The translations under genes were made by a program, and so were the position numbers. Of a DNA stretch of 48,384 bases, positions 1-9,569 are shown one piece after another (the stretch's first letter is position 1; the number at the start of each line of letters is the position of its first letter). Below the pieces are notes generated by a model that had not been told where the DNA came from, made no database searches, and saw only the letters and a program-made list of their open reading frames with translations. Origin of the DNA: Clostridia bacterium (GTDB lineage: Bacteria; Bacillota; Clostridia; Oscillospirales; CAG-272); NCBI GenBank assembly GCA_017455975.1, contig JAFTLK010000358.1, positions 1 to 48,384 of the forward strand, read 5' to 3'.

Positions 1-1521
1 CAGCGGCGTTTTCAGATCGTGGGAGACATTGGTGATCAGCTCCGTGCGGAACCGCTCGCTTTTCATACGGTCCTCCACCGCAACGGAGATCGCGTCGCCG
101 ATGTGATTGAGGCTGTCGCCGATCTGCTTCGGTGCACCGTGCAGACGGGCGGTGTCGGTGTGGTAATTGATATCACCTGCGGCAATCTTCTTCGCACCGC
201 GCCTGACAACATCCAGCTCCAGCATATAAAAGCAAAGGAACAGTCCCGCCGCCAGTGTCGTCAAAAACCACAGCACGACAAGCCCATTGGAAAAGATCAC
301 AATCAACGTCCACAGACCGAAAATCGCACATCCGGCAAGCCATTTGGCTGTCAGCGGCAGATTTTCAAACACCAGCGCACATCTGCGCCACACCGCCCGA
401 CAGCCGCCGAAGCACAGCCGACCGAACCGGAAAATGAGCGTATTGCGCCACCATTTTCCGCCGCGCAGCCGTCGTACGCCCTCACGCAGGATGGACAGGA
501 TCAGCAGAACAAATGCCGCTGCCAGCGCAATGATTCCAAGCGGTACCAGCCATTCATACAGATTGCCCTCGATATAGCCAAACAGCAGAAAGACCGTTTG
601 TATGTGAAACCAATCCAGCGCGAATATCCCCGCCATGCAAAGCACCGCAAGAGCCCCTTTGACAAATAAGGTGATCTCGTACGGCAGACGGTCGATGACA
701 TTCAGCTTCACGCCGGGTGCGGAATATTGCATGCCCGTTTGTACAAGCACACAAAGAAGGCATACAAGCGATACAAGGGCCGCAATTCCCGTCGCCAGCA
801 GCCACCCCTCCCATTGCAGGGCATCCAGTCGCCATGCATTGACATAGGTTTGGTAGTCGTCGGCATACGGTCTGCTATGCAGGATGCCGTATTCGACGGC
901 GACCGCGTGTCCGGACACGGTGTTGCTGCCGTAACTCGGTGTGGAATACCGTCCGCCAAAGATAAGGGTTTCATCCCATGCTGCGTCGTTTGTGAGGATA
1001 ACACGGTCATCGAGCAGGACACGAAATCGGAGATTGGAGCCGCTGCCCGGATATTCGTCAAGAAATGCTTTCAGTCCGGCATATTCCTCTTTGGGATAGG
1101 ACATATTGTTCTCGGTCACAATTTCCGGGAAATCCGCATCCCCGGTGTAGGTGTAGGTAACGTCCTCCCCGTTCTCCTCTCTGACTGTTCCGTTGTTCAG
1201 ATATGCAGAAAACGCGGGAGACTGCAGCTGTTCCCGGATGCCGTCGGCAAGCCGGTCCTCGCCATACCAGTAGTTGTGTTCCTGCCGCATATCAAGCATG
1301 GAGGACCATGACCACTCGCTCGGCCACCAGAGCTTGATTGTGCGGTTCCAGTTATATTGATACCGGCTCGGAATATCGAATTCCGCATTTTCGCTCATCA
1401 TCCCGAATGATTCCAGGTACATACTCCGCACTCCGCAGAACGCAAAGGCAAGGATCGACACAAAGCACAGAATCAGACAAAGCCCTTTGATGAGCGGATG
1501 ATAAAACAGATTTTTCTTCAT
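1..1521 (-). CDS. Membrane sensor histidine kinase (HAMP + HisKA), 3' end runs off the window
   Basis: Absent from the ORF track because it is open at the edge. Manual translation from ATG 1521 (MKKNLFYHPLIKGLCLILCF...) gives several hydrophobic segments and ends ...MKSERFRTELITNVSHDLKTPL, a canonical H-box. It starts 5 bp downstream of the response regulator. Confidence 0.92.
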   Translation of the reverse strand, partial: MKKNLFYHPLIKGLCLILCFVSILAFAFCGVRSMYLESFGMMSENAEFDIPSRYQYNWNRTIKLWWPSEWSWSSMLDMRQEHNYWYGEDRLADGIREQLQSPAFSAYLNNGTVREENGEDVTYTYTGDADFPEIVTENNMSYPKEEYAGLKAFLDEYPGSGSNLRFRVLLDDRVILTNDAAWDETLIFGGRYSTPSYGSNTVSGHAVAVEYGILHSRPYADDYQTYVNAWRLDALQWEGWLLATGIAALVSLVCLLCVLVQTGMQYSAPGVKLNVIDRLPYEITLFVKGALAVLCMAGIFALDWFHIQTVFLLFGYIEGNLYEWLVPLGIIALAAAFVLLILSILREGVRRLRGGKWWRNTLIFRFGRLCFGGCRAVWRRCALVFENLPLTAKWLAGCAIFGLWTLIVIFSNGLVVLWFLTTLAAGLFLCFYMLELDVVRRGAKKIAAGDINYHTDTARLHGAPKQIGDSLNHIGDAISVAVEDRMKSERFRTELITNVSHDLKTPL

Positions 1522-1526
1522 AACCG

Positions 1527-2267
1527 TTATACGTCCTTTCTCTGGGATTCGATCTTATATCCGCGTCCCCAGACGACCTTTAAGTAACGGGGATTTGCGG
1601 GATCGATCTCAATTTTCTCGCGCAGATGGCGGATGTGCACAGCGACGTTGTTCTCTGCCCCGTAGGTGTCGCCGGACATCCCGAGCCGCAGCGCCTTTGC
1701 ACAGATTTCCTTTGTGGAAAATACGGTATCCGGCTCGCTCATTAAGAGCTTCAGAATCGCATATTCCGTCGGGGTCACGGAGATCTCCTCGCCGTCCATG
1801 GACACCGTGCGCGTATCGGGATCCAGCTCCAGTCCGCCGCACCGCAGTACCTCCGGGCGGGATACCCTGCTGCCCAGATACAGATACCGCCGCAGCTGCG
1901 ATTTGACCCTTGCGACCAGTTCTGCCGGGTGAAACGGCTTTGCGATGTAGTCATCCGCGCCGAGGTTCAGTCCAAGCACCTTATCGGCATCCTCGCCCTT
2001 CGCCGTCAGCAGAATGACCGGCAGATTGCAGGCGGGAGAATCCGTATCTGCACGCAATGCCGTGAGTGCGGCGATGCCGTCCATCTCGGGCATCATGATA
2101 TCGAGGATCAGAAGCGACAGCGATTCGCGCCCGCAGATGTCCAGCGCTTCCCGTCCGTTGGAGGCGCACAGAACATCATATCCCTCCGCGCGCAGATAGA
2201 TCGAGATCGCGGATACAATGTCCGCCTCGTCGTCACATACCAGTATTTTTGCTTTTTCGTTTGCCAT
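1527..2267 (-). CDS. OmpR/PhoB-family DNA-binding response regulator
   Basis: Receiver motifs ILVCDDE, LDIMMPEMDG, LLTAK and GADDYIAKPF; winged-helix C-terminus VAVHIRHLREKIE...YLKVVWGRGYK. Confidence 0.96.
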   Translation of the reverse strand: MANEKAKILVCDDEADIVSAISIYLRAEGYDVLCASNGREALDICGRESLSLLILDIMMPEMDGIAALTALRADTDSPACNLPVILLTAKGEDADKVLGLNLGADDYIAKPFHPAELVARVKSQLRRYLYLGSRVSRPEVLRCGGLELDPDTRTVSMDGEEISVTPTEYAILKLLMSEPDTVFSTKEICAKALRLGMSGDTYGAENNVAVHIRHLREKIEIDPANPRYLKVVWGRGYKIESQRKDV

Positions 2268-2301
2268 GGTGACTCACTTCCTGTTTTTTGTTTGTGACAC
2301 T

Positions 2302-2330
2302 ATTATATCACAGAAATCGTGAATTTCCAA
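2302..2330 (-). promoter_or_regulatory. sigma-A promoter for the two-component operon
   Basis: Minus strand reads TTGGAA (2330-2325), 17-bp spacer, extended -10 TGnTATAAT (TATAAT at 2307-2302). Confidence 0.6.
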
Positions 2331-2414
2331 TAGGGTATCTTTTTAAGATTTCTTAATAAATGCATCATTTCGTGAAAAAATATTGGATAATTCATGAACT
2401 TTCGCTCCATCTGC

Positions 2415-2442
2415 TTGACTTTACCTCGATTTGTGCTATAAT
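2415..2442 (+). promoter_or_regulatory. sigma-A promoter of htpG
   Basis: TTGACT (2415-2420), 16-bp spacer ending in TGn, TATAAT (2437-2442), directly upstream of the CIRCE. Confidence 0.75.
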
Positions 2443-2445
2443 ATA

Positions 2446-2472
2446 TTAGCACTCACATGATGAGAGTGCTAA
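2446..2472. promoter_or_regulatory. CIRCE element (HrcA operator)
   Basis: Exact consensus TTAGCACTC-N9-GAGTGCTAA (ttagcactc acatgatga gagtgctaa) between the -10 box and the htpG start. Confidence 0.97.
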
Positions 2473-2514
2473 AACAGTCAATCATATATTGAATAGATAG
2501 AGAGAAAGGAACGT

Positions 2515-4422
2515 ATGAATATGGAAAAGAAACAATTCCGGACAGAATCGCAGAAGCTGCTTGACATGATGATCAACTCCATCTACACGCACAAGGAAAT
2601 CTTCCTGCGTGAGCTGATCTCCAACGCAAGCGACGCCATCGACAAGCTCTACTACCGCTCGCTGACCGACGATGCGGTTACCCTGACACGCGGCGATTAT
2701 GAAATCCGCATTGATTGTGACCGTGTTGCCCGCACGCTGACCATCTCCGACAACGGCTGCGGCATGACGGCCGATGAGCTCGAAAACAACCTCGGTACGA
2801 TTGCAAAGTCCGGCTCCTACGACTTCAAGCATGAAAACGAACAGAAGGAAGATGTCGATATCATCGGACAGTTCGGCGTCGGCTTCTATTCCGCGTTCAT
2901 GGTCTCCGACAAGATCACCGTCACGACCCGTGCGTTCGGCTCCGATACCGCTTGGGTCTGGCAGTCCGAGGGTGTCGACGGCTATACGATGACCGAGGGT
3001 GATAAGGATACCGTCGGTACCGAAATCGTCCTGCACCTGCGCGAGGATACCGAAAACGAAAAATATTCCGAGTACCTCGATACCTGGCGTATCAAGAGCC
3101 TCGTCAAGAAGTATTCCGACTACATCCGCTATCCCATCCGCATGGATGTCACAACGGAAAAGCTCAAAGAGGGCGTCGACCCGTCCTCCGATGCGGAAGA
3201 CAAGTATGAATCCGTCACGACCACCGAAACGCTCAACTCCATGACCCCCCTCTGGAAGAAGCGCGCACAGGAGGTCACCGACGAGGAATATGCCGCGTTC
3301 TACCGCGAAAAGTTCTATGACTTTGAAGCACCGGCAAAGACCATCCACTTCAAGTCCGAGGGTACGGCAACCTTCGATGCCATGCTGTTCATCCCTGCCA
3401 AGGCTCCGTTCAACTATTACACCAAGGACTACGAAAAGGGTCTGCAGCTCTATTCCTCCGGCGTTCTGATTATGGAAAAGTGTGCCGATCTGCTCCCCGA
3501 CTACTTCTCCTTCGTCCGCGGTCTTGCCGATTCTGCCGATCTTTCGCTGAACATCTCCCGTGAGCTGCTCCAGCATGACCATCAGCTCAAATTCATCGCA
3601 AAAGCGATTGAAAAGAAGATCAAGAACGAGCTTGCAAAGATGCTGGAAAATGACCGCGAAAAGTACGAAGCATTCTGGAAAGCATTCGGCATGCAGCTGA
3701 AGTTCGGTCTGTATGCCGATTACGGTCAGCACAAGGACGTACTGCAGGATCTGGTGCTGTTCACCTCCTCAGCTGAAAAGAAGCTCGTCACGCTGAAGGA
3801 ATATGTTTCCCGCATGAAGGAAGACCAGAAATCGATCTACTATGCCTGCGGCGAGACCGTCGACAAGATCGAAATGCTCCCGCAGTGCGAAGCCGTCACG
3901 GGCAAGGGCTTTGAGGTCCTCTATCTGACCGACGATATCGACGAATTTGCGCTCAAGATGCTGATGAACTACGACGAAAAGAACTTTGTCAACGTCTGCG
4001 CCGAGGAGCTTGACATCGCAACCGAGGAAGAAAAGGAAGCCGTCAAGGCAGAAAACGAATCGCAGGAGGATATGCTGAATGCGATGAAGGAAGCACTCGG
4101 CGATGCCGTTTCCGCTGTCCGCTTCACCAATGCGCTGAAAAATCATCCCGTTTGTCTGACAAGCGAAGGCGGTCTTTCCGTCGGTATGGAGCAGGTGCTC
4201 AACCGTATGCCCACAGGGGAAGAAGCCGTCAAGGCACAGATCGTCCTTGAAATCAACGCCTCCCACGCGATTGCCGACAAATTAAAGTCCCTCTATGTCT
4301 ACGACCGCGACAAGCTGACCGCTTATGCAAAAATCCTCTACGCACAGGCGCGTCTGATCGGCGGTATGTCCATCGACAACCCCGCAGAGCTTTCCTCGCT
4401 CGTCTGTGATCTGATGATCTGA
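2515..4422 (+). CDS. htpG: Molecular chaperone HtpG (Hsp90)
   Basis: Hsp90 signatures YTHKEIFLRELISNASDAIDK, LGTIAKSG, IGQFGVGFYSAF and LSLNISRELLQ; 635 aa. The start may be 2515 or 2521. Confidence 0.98.
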   Translation: MNMEKKQFRTESQKLLDMMINSIYTHKEIFLRELISNASDAIDKLYYRSLTDDAVTLTRGDYEIRIDCDRVARTLTISDNGCGMTADELENNLGTIAKSGSYDFKHENEQKEDVDIIGQFGVGFYSAFMVSDKITVTTRAFGSDTAWVWQSEGVDGYTMTEGDKDTVGTEIVLHLREDTENEKYSEYLDTWRIKSLVKKYSDYIRYPIRMDVTTEKLKEGVDPSSDAEDKYESVTTTETLNSMTPLWKKRAQEVTDEEYAAFYREKFYDFEAPAKTIHFKSEGTATFDAMLFIPAKAPFNYYTKDYEKGLQLYSSGVLIMEKCADLLPDYFSFVRGLADSADLSLNISRELLQHDHQLKFIAKAIEKKIKNELAKMLENDREKYEAFWKAFGMQLKFGLYADYGQHKDVLQDLVLFTSSAEKKLVTLKEYVSRMKEDQKSIYYACGETVDKIEMLPQCEAVTGKGFEVLYLTDDIDEFALKMLMNYDEKNFVNVCAEELDIATEEEKEAVKAENESQEDMLNAMKEALGDAVSAVRFTNALKNHPVCLTSEGGLSVGMEQVLNRMPTGEEAVKAQIVLEINASHAIADKLKSLYVYDRDKLTAYAKILYAQARLIGGMSIDNPAELSSLVCDLMI

Positions 4423-4441
4423 TTATCTTAACCGTATTATC

Positions 4442-4491
4442 TCCCGTATGCCGCAGCATCCCCCGATGCTGGCGGTGTGCGGGATTTTTTT
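4442..4491 (+). terminator. Rho-independent terminator after htpG
   Basis: Long GC-rich stem (tcccgtatgccgc-agcatc / gatgct-ggcggtgtgcggga) followed by T7. Confidence 0.8.
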
Positions 4492-4523
4492 GTGGATTTC
4501 ATGAAAAAAATCGTGAAAATCCG

Positions 4524-4552
4524 TTGCATTTTGCCGTGGTTTCCTGTATAAT
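4524..4552 (+). promoter_or_regulatory. sigma-A promoter
   Basis: TTGCAT-17bp-TATAAT. It overlaps the ORF-track start at 4555, which supports the later ATG at 4603. Confidence 0.65.
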
Positions 4553-4602
4553 GAATGCAGAACAACTTCCCACAGGGAAGAACACAGAAAGGAATCATCC
4601 AT

Positions 4603-5682
4603 ATGAGCGAACAGATCATCCGATACGGCATCATCGGCTGCGGCAGCATTGCGCGCGGCGTGCATATTCCGGGGATTCAGGCAGCCGTGGGGGCTGAAAT
4701 CACTGCCATCTGCGACACTGATCCCGCGCGTCTTGAGCAGACCCGAAGCTCCCTTGGTCTTCCGCCGGAGGCCGCATTCACCGATTACGAGGCCCTGCTT
4801 GATTCGGGACTCGTCGATGCGGTTTCCGTGACCACGCCGAACAACCTGCACATTCCGGCTGCCATGGCGGCGGCAGAACGCGGGATTCCCTTTGCCTGCG
4901 AAAAGCCGCTGTCAGTCGATGCGCCGACAGCAAAACCGCTTTATGACCTTGTCATGAAAACAGGCGTTAAGAATATGGTCTGCTTCTCCTATCGCTTCAA
5001 AAAAGCAGCACGGTATGCGCGCGATCTGATCGCGGAAGGCCGGATCGGTACCATCCGTCATATCTATGTCCGATATCTGCAGGGCTGGGGCAACCCGGAA
5101 AAGGACTGTCCGCGTGTCTGGCGGTTTGACCATGCGGCAAGCGGCTCCGGCACCCTTGCTGACCTCGGCTCCCATATGCTCGATCTCGTCCGCTTCCTGA
5201 CAGGTGAGGAATACACGCGCTTCACCGCGCAGAACGGCACCTTCGTCCATGACCGCCGCTCGACCGATCCCGAAAAACAGGGACAGCGTGAACCGGTCGA
5301 TGTCGATGATTACGCGCATTATTTTGCAAATACGACAGGCGGTATCGCAGCATCCTTTGAGATTTCCCGCAATGCCTTCGGACGCGGCAATTTCCAGCAC
5401 ATTGAAATCTACGGTGACCGCGGTGCGCTGACGTATGAGCTTGAGGACGATGATTTTCTGGAGATCTGCGAGGGTGCGGATGAGGGAAGCCATATCTACC
5501 GCCGTCTGGAAATCCCCCCAAAGTATCACGTCTCGCAGATGCAGTGCTTCATCGACCGCCTGCGCGGCGACGAATACGGACTTGCCGCAACGGTTGCCGA
5601 CGGCTATGAGGATATGCTGGAGCTTGATGAAATCATCCGATCTTCTGACGAGGGCATCACGGTCAAACATATAGTACAGTAA
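4603..5682 (+). CDS. Gfo/Idh/MocA family NAD(P)-dependent oxidoreductase
   Basis: Rossmann motif YGIIGCGSIA, CEKP motif, GTLADLGSHMLD; RBS GAAAGGA before ATG 4603. Confidence 0.92.
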   Translation: MSEQIIRYGIIGCGSIARGVHIPGIQAAVGAEITAICDTDPARLEQTRSSLGLPPEAAFTDYEALLDSGLVDAVSVTTPNNLHIPAAMAAAERGIPFACEKPLSVDAPTAKPLYDLVMKTGVKNMVCFSYRFKKAARYARDLIAEGRIGTIRHIYVRYLQGWGNPEKDCPRVWRFDHAASGSGTLADLGSHMLDLVRFLTGEEYTRFTAQNGTFVHDRRSTDPEKQGQREPVDVDDYAHYFANTTGGIAASFEISRNAFGRGNFQHIEIYGDRGALTYELEDDDFLEICEGADEGSHIYRRLEIPPKYHVSQMQCFIDRLRGDEYGLAATVADGYEDMLELDEIIRSSDEGITVKHIVQ

Positions 5683-5837
5683 CCGCCGCAGCACCTGACA
5701 GGAATTTGCATAATTCTGACAAAACAGTGTTTGTTCATCTTCGTTTTACATATTATTCATATTTCGTTCACGTGCGTGCTGTATAATTATTCTGTGCATA
5801 CAAAATAATATATACGAAAGAAAGGGAGCACAGTTTT

Positions 5838-7613
5838 ATGGATATTTTTTCTGTAATCACGCTGCTCGGCGGTCTGACATTCTTCTTGTTCGGTATGAGT
5901 GTCATGTCAGACAACCTCGAAAAACTCGCCGGTTCCAAGCTGGAATCGATTCTCCAGCGTATGACCTCCAGTCCCATCCGCGGCCTGCTGCTCGGTACTG
6001 CCATCACAATGGCAATTCAGTCCTCCTCCGCAACCACCGTCATGCTGGTCGGTCTTGTCAACTCCGGTATCATGCAGCTGGCACAGACCGTTGAGGTCAT
6101 TTTCGGTGCCAACATCGGTACCACCATCACATCGTGGATTTTCAGCCTTGCGGGCATTGAAAGCGATATGTTCTTCATCAAGATGATGAAGCCGGTATAC
6201 TTCTCCCCGGTTCTCGCATTTATCGGCATCGTCATGAAAATGATGTCCAAAAGCGAACGCAAGCACACCGTCGGTACCATCTTCATCGGCTTTGCCGTTC
6301 TGATTTTCGGTATGGACATGATGGCCGGTGCTGTTGAACCGCTGTCGGAATCCGAAGCATTCAAAAACATTCTCGTAAAATTTGACAATCCCATTCTCGG
6401 TCTTCTCTTTGGTACAGTCGTTACTGCAGTTGTACAATCCTCTTCCGCATCCGTCGGTATTCTCCAGGCACTGGCACTGTCCAGCTTCATTCCGATCAGT
6501 ACAGCAATTCCGATCATCATGGGACAGAATATCGGTACCTGTATCACGGCAATTCTTTCCGCCATCGGTGCCAACACCAATGCAAAGCGCGTTTCCATTG
6601 TGCACCTGGTCATCAAAGTCCTCGGAGCGGTTGTTCTTTTAACGATATTTATCCTTGTCAGCACATTTATAAAACCCACAATTCTCTCTGAAGGTGCTAC
6701 CGTTTTCAGCATCGCGGTCATTCATACGATCTTCAACGTCATCAACACAGCTATGCTGATGCCTGCCAAGGGACTTCTGCTCCGCATCACAGAAAAGCTC
6801 GTTCCCGAAAAGGAAAAGCACGTCGAATCCACCTCCGAGGTTCTGTACCTCGACGAGCGTCTGCTCATCTCTCCGCCCACCGCGCTGATCGCCTGCGACA
6901 ATGCGGCGAACCGCATGGCAGAGCTGGCACATGCCTCCGTTGACATGGCGCTGTCTGTGCTTGGCAAAATTGAAGATGACAATACCGCCGACATCTCCGT
7001 CGATGCTGCCGTCATCAAAAACACCGAAGACGAAACCGACCAGTTTGAAGATACGCTCGGCTCGTATCTGGTCAAGCTCTCCGGTATGGATCTGTCCGAT
7101 CACGACGCACAGATCGTTGCAAAGATGCTGCATGTCATCAGCGACCTCGAACGTCTCGGCGACCACGCACTGAGCCTGTCCAAGGCGGCACTTGAAATTG
7201 CTGAAAAGAAGATGTCCTTCACGCCCGATGCAACAGCGGAGCTTAAGAATCTCGCCGCTGCCATCGATGAGATCATGGAGATCACCTTCAATGCATATCT
7301 CAGCAATGACCCCGTTCTTGCAGGTGATGTAGAACCGCTGGAACAGGTCGTCGACCGCCTGATCGCAAACATCCGCAAGGGTCACATCACACGTCTCCAG
7401 CACGGTCAGTGTACCATCGAAGCGGGCTTTGTCTTAAACGACATTCTCAACAACTTCGAGCGTGTCTCCGACCACTGCTCCAACATCGCGGTTGCTGTCA
7501 TCGAAGCGAAGCTCTCTTCCTTCGATACACACAAATACCTCAACGACCTCAAGTACGGCGACGAGGAATTCAAGTCCAAGTACGACGCTTTCGCTGAAAA
7601 ATATTCTGTCTGA
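5838..7613 (+). CDS. Na/Pi cotransporter family protein with C-terminal PhoU-like domains
   Basis: Duplicated QSSSA motifs (AIQSSSATTV, VVQSSSASV), GANIGTT and GQNIGTC, and C-terminal LERLGDHA and FERVSDHCSNIA. Confidence 0.93.
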   Translation: MDIFSVITLLGGLTFFLFGMSVMSDNLEKLAGSKLESILQRMTSSPIRGLLLGTAITMAIQSSSATTVMLVGLVNSGIMQLAQTVEVIFGANIGTTITSWIFSLAGIESDMFFIKMMKPVYFSPVLAFIGIVMKMMSKSERKHTVGTIFIGFAVLIFGMDMMAGAVEPLSESEAFKNILVKFDNPILGLLFGTVVTAVVQSSSASVGILQALALSSFIPISTAIPIIMGQNIGTCITAILSAIGANTNAKRVSIVHLVIKVLGAVVLLTIFILVSTFIKPTILSEGATVFSIAVIHTIFNVINTAMLMPAKGLLLRITEKLVPEKEKHVESTSEVLYLDERLLISPPTALIACDNAANRMAELAHASVDMALSVLGKIEDDNTADISVDAAVIKNTEDETDQFEDTLGSYLVKLSGMDLSDHDAQIVAKMLHVISDLERLGDHALSLSKAALEIAEKKMSFTPDATAELKNLAAAIDEIMEITFNAYLSNDPVLAGDVEPLEQVVDRLIANIRKGHITRLQHGQCTIEAGFVLNDILNNFERVSDHCSNIAVAVIEAKLSSFDTHKYLNDLKYGDEEFKSKYDAFAEKYSV

Positions 7614-7620
7614 TATCAAA

Positions 7621-7666
7621 AACCCCTTAATACAAGCCCGGATCTTCGGGACCGTATTAAGGGGTT
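7621..7666. terminator. Hairpin terminator between convergent genes
   Basis: Perfect 13-bp inverted repeat AACCCCTTAATAC / GTATTAAGGGGTT with A and T tracts on the flanks. Confidence 0.8.
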
Positions 7667-7689
7667 CCTTTTATGCGTTTTCGTGCGTA

Positions 7690-9354
7690 TCAGTCGGCCG
7701 ACCGCTCGATCATCTCACACAGCGTTTCATGAAGTGCATTCAGATACTCTGCATCACGCGGGTATTCCGTGAATGTGATCGGTGCTTCCAGACCGTCCTC
7801 GACCGCAGCCATGACCGCATCACGTCCGCAGCACGCTTCCGCCAGCTGCATCAGGCGGAGATCGCGCAGCGCCTCAACAAACAGCTGATAGTGCTGTGTT
7901 TCGTATGCTGTTCCGTCGGGCGCGGGATAGACCTGGAATGCGTCGCCCGTGGGTGCAAAATACTCACCGTCGTTGACGCGGTACGGATCGATGTGTTCGA
8001 TCGAATACTGGCTGTTGTAGAAATTGAAGCCCCACTGCAGAAAGCCTGCAATGCGGTACTTATACAGCTGAACACCGAGAATGCGCGTCCGTGCGCCGGG
8101 CATGGCGACGAACCGATTGGACAGCTTCACATTCTGCGTACAGCAGTAATACGTCCAGAGGTTCGGGACATTGCCCTCAAGGAACGGCTCGATGCGCGAG
8201 GTCGACGGGATCGGACGCTCTACAACACCGGCGCGATAAAAATCGTAGTTGGACAGCGCATCCATAATGACAAATCCGCGCAGATGCTCTGCCACCTGTG
8301 CGCGCGCCGCGCCATAGCGTTCGAGATGCTCCACATGCGGCTCATCGGAGATGTGGAAGACACACTTGTCGGCGATACCGCGGTCTCGCAGATACTGCGT
8401 CAATGCAGGCAGGAAGGCATCGAGGAAGGTACGGTATTCGTCAGACAGAGAATCCGTTTCCCAGCCGAACACCTTCTTGTATACCCCGTCCACCGTCGCC
8501 ATGATCTTCGGCGCATATCCTGCACCCCACTGCGTGTAAAGATGCGCCATTTCAAGGTATTCAATGCCCTGACGCTGTGCCATATCGATCCAGCGTCCCA
8601 GTTTTGCGAAATCAAACGACCAGACACCCGCATCGCAGTTGATGTCAATCAACTGACATGTTGTCCGTTCACCGCCGACCGCAGTATCGAGTGCCGGAGT
8701 AAAGATCGGTGTCAGCAGCATATTGACACCGCCGCGTACAGCCGCACGTACAAAGTTTTCAACGATACGCCAATGCTCCTCCGACCAGACAGGGATTCTG
8801 TAATAGTCGGCAAGACAGTCCGCATGGAACCATTCCGTGTGCTGCAGCGTCTGCTTCGGCAAAATCGCCGCAACGATATGCAGCTCAAACACAGCCGAGA
8901 ACCGTTCCTCGCCGCGGTCGTTGACCATGGAAAGCCGGATCGGGCAAACGCCGGCCGGTGCATCGGCGGGAATGTCGATATCGATCCACAGTGCATGTGT
9001 CACGCGGGATGTGACAAAAACCTGCGTTTTTTCGGAAATCGGCATCAGAAGATCGGGATACAGTCCCATTTCTCCACGCAGATAATTGTCGTCGTGCCGC
9101 AGCTCATAATACGGCATGCGGATCGGAATCAGCTCGACACGCTGTGCCGAAACGGCATCACCAAGCACCGATTCCGCACGGAAATAACAGACCTCCTTTG
9201 CGTCAAGCGGTGTCTCCGAGCGAAAGACCCACTGAAATGAAAACCGTTCCCCGCGCACGGCGCGCGCTGCGGAAAATTCGGAAAATGACGCAACGGCGGA
9301 ATCGCCGAAGCACTTTTCCATTGATGAGATCAACTTATTTGCAATTGTCCCCAT
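7690..9354 (-). CDS. DUF4091-domain putative glycoside hydrolase (GH123-related, possible N-acetylhexosaminidase)
   Basis: TEWFHADC, HISDEP (adjacent D-E pair), LWTYYC, GFLQWGFNFY and GDAFQVYP, as recalled for DUF4091 proteins. GGAGG lies 6 nt before ATG 9354. Confidence 0.75.
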   Translation of the reverse strand: MGTIANKLISSMEKCFGDSAVASFSEFSAARAVRGERFSFQWVFRSETPLDAKEVCYFRAESVLGDAVSAQRVELIPIRMPYYELRHDDNYLRGEMGLYPDLLMPISEKTQVFVTSRVTHALWIDIDIPADAPAGVCPIRLSMVNDRGEERFSAVFELHIVAAILPKQTLQHTEWFHADCLADYYRIPVWSEEHWRIVENFVRAAVRGGVNMLLTPIFTPALDTAVGGERTTCQLIDINCDAGVWSFDFAKLGRWIDMAQRQGIEYLEMAHLYTQWGAGYAPKIMATVDGVYKKVFGWETDSLSDEYRTFLDAFLPALTQYLRDRGIADKCVFHISDEPHVEHLERYGAARAQVAEHLRGFVIMDALSNYDFYRAGVVERPIPSTSRIEPFLEGNVPNLWTYYCCTQNVKLSNRFVAMPGARTRILGVQLYKYRIAGFLQWGFNFYNSQYSIEHIDPYRVNDGEYFAPTGDAFQVYPAPDGTAYETQHYQLFVEALRDLRLMQLAEACCGRDAVMAAVEDGLEAPITFTEYPRDAEYLNALHETLCEMIERSAD

Positions 9355-9486
9355 ATCCATCCTCCATAACATATTGAAAACTGAATTTTATATTCGCGGC
9401 GACCGCCGCATTTATCCGACAATATTATATCACACATTCACCGATTGCACAAGATGAACAGCAATCATTTTTCCTGCCATACAGTC

Positions 9487-9515
9487 TTGACGAATGGGAA
9501 AATGTGTGGTAGAAT
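9487..9515 (+). promoter_or_regulatory. sigma-A promoter
   Basis: TTGACG-17bp-TAGAAT with extended -10 TG. Confidence 0.6.
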
Positions 9516-9569
9516 ATACGCAGCATCAAACGTGCTGCCATATGACGGGAAGCAAAAAAGGAGTCAGCC

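Noticed and set aside
19-1311. Plus-strand ORFs 19-669 and 727-1311
   Set aside because: They are antisense shadows of the minus-strand histidine kinase, which the ORF track missed because it is open at the edge.
2482-3732. 416-aa minus-strand ORF
   Set aside because: Antisense to htpG with no motifs. Long shadow frames are expected with GC-rich codon bias.
7462-9240. 592-aa plus-strand ORF
   Set aside because: Antisense to the DUF4091 gene, crosses a terminator, has no RBS and no recognisable motifs.
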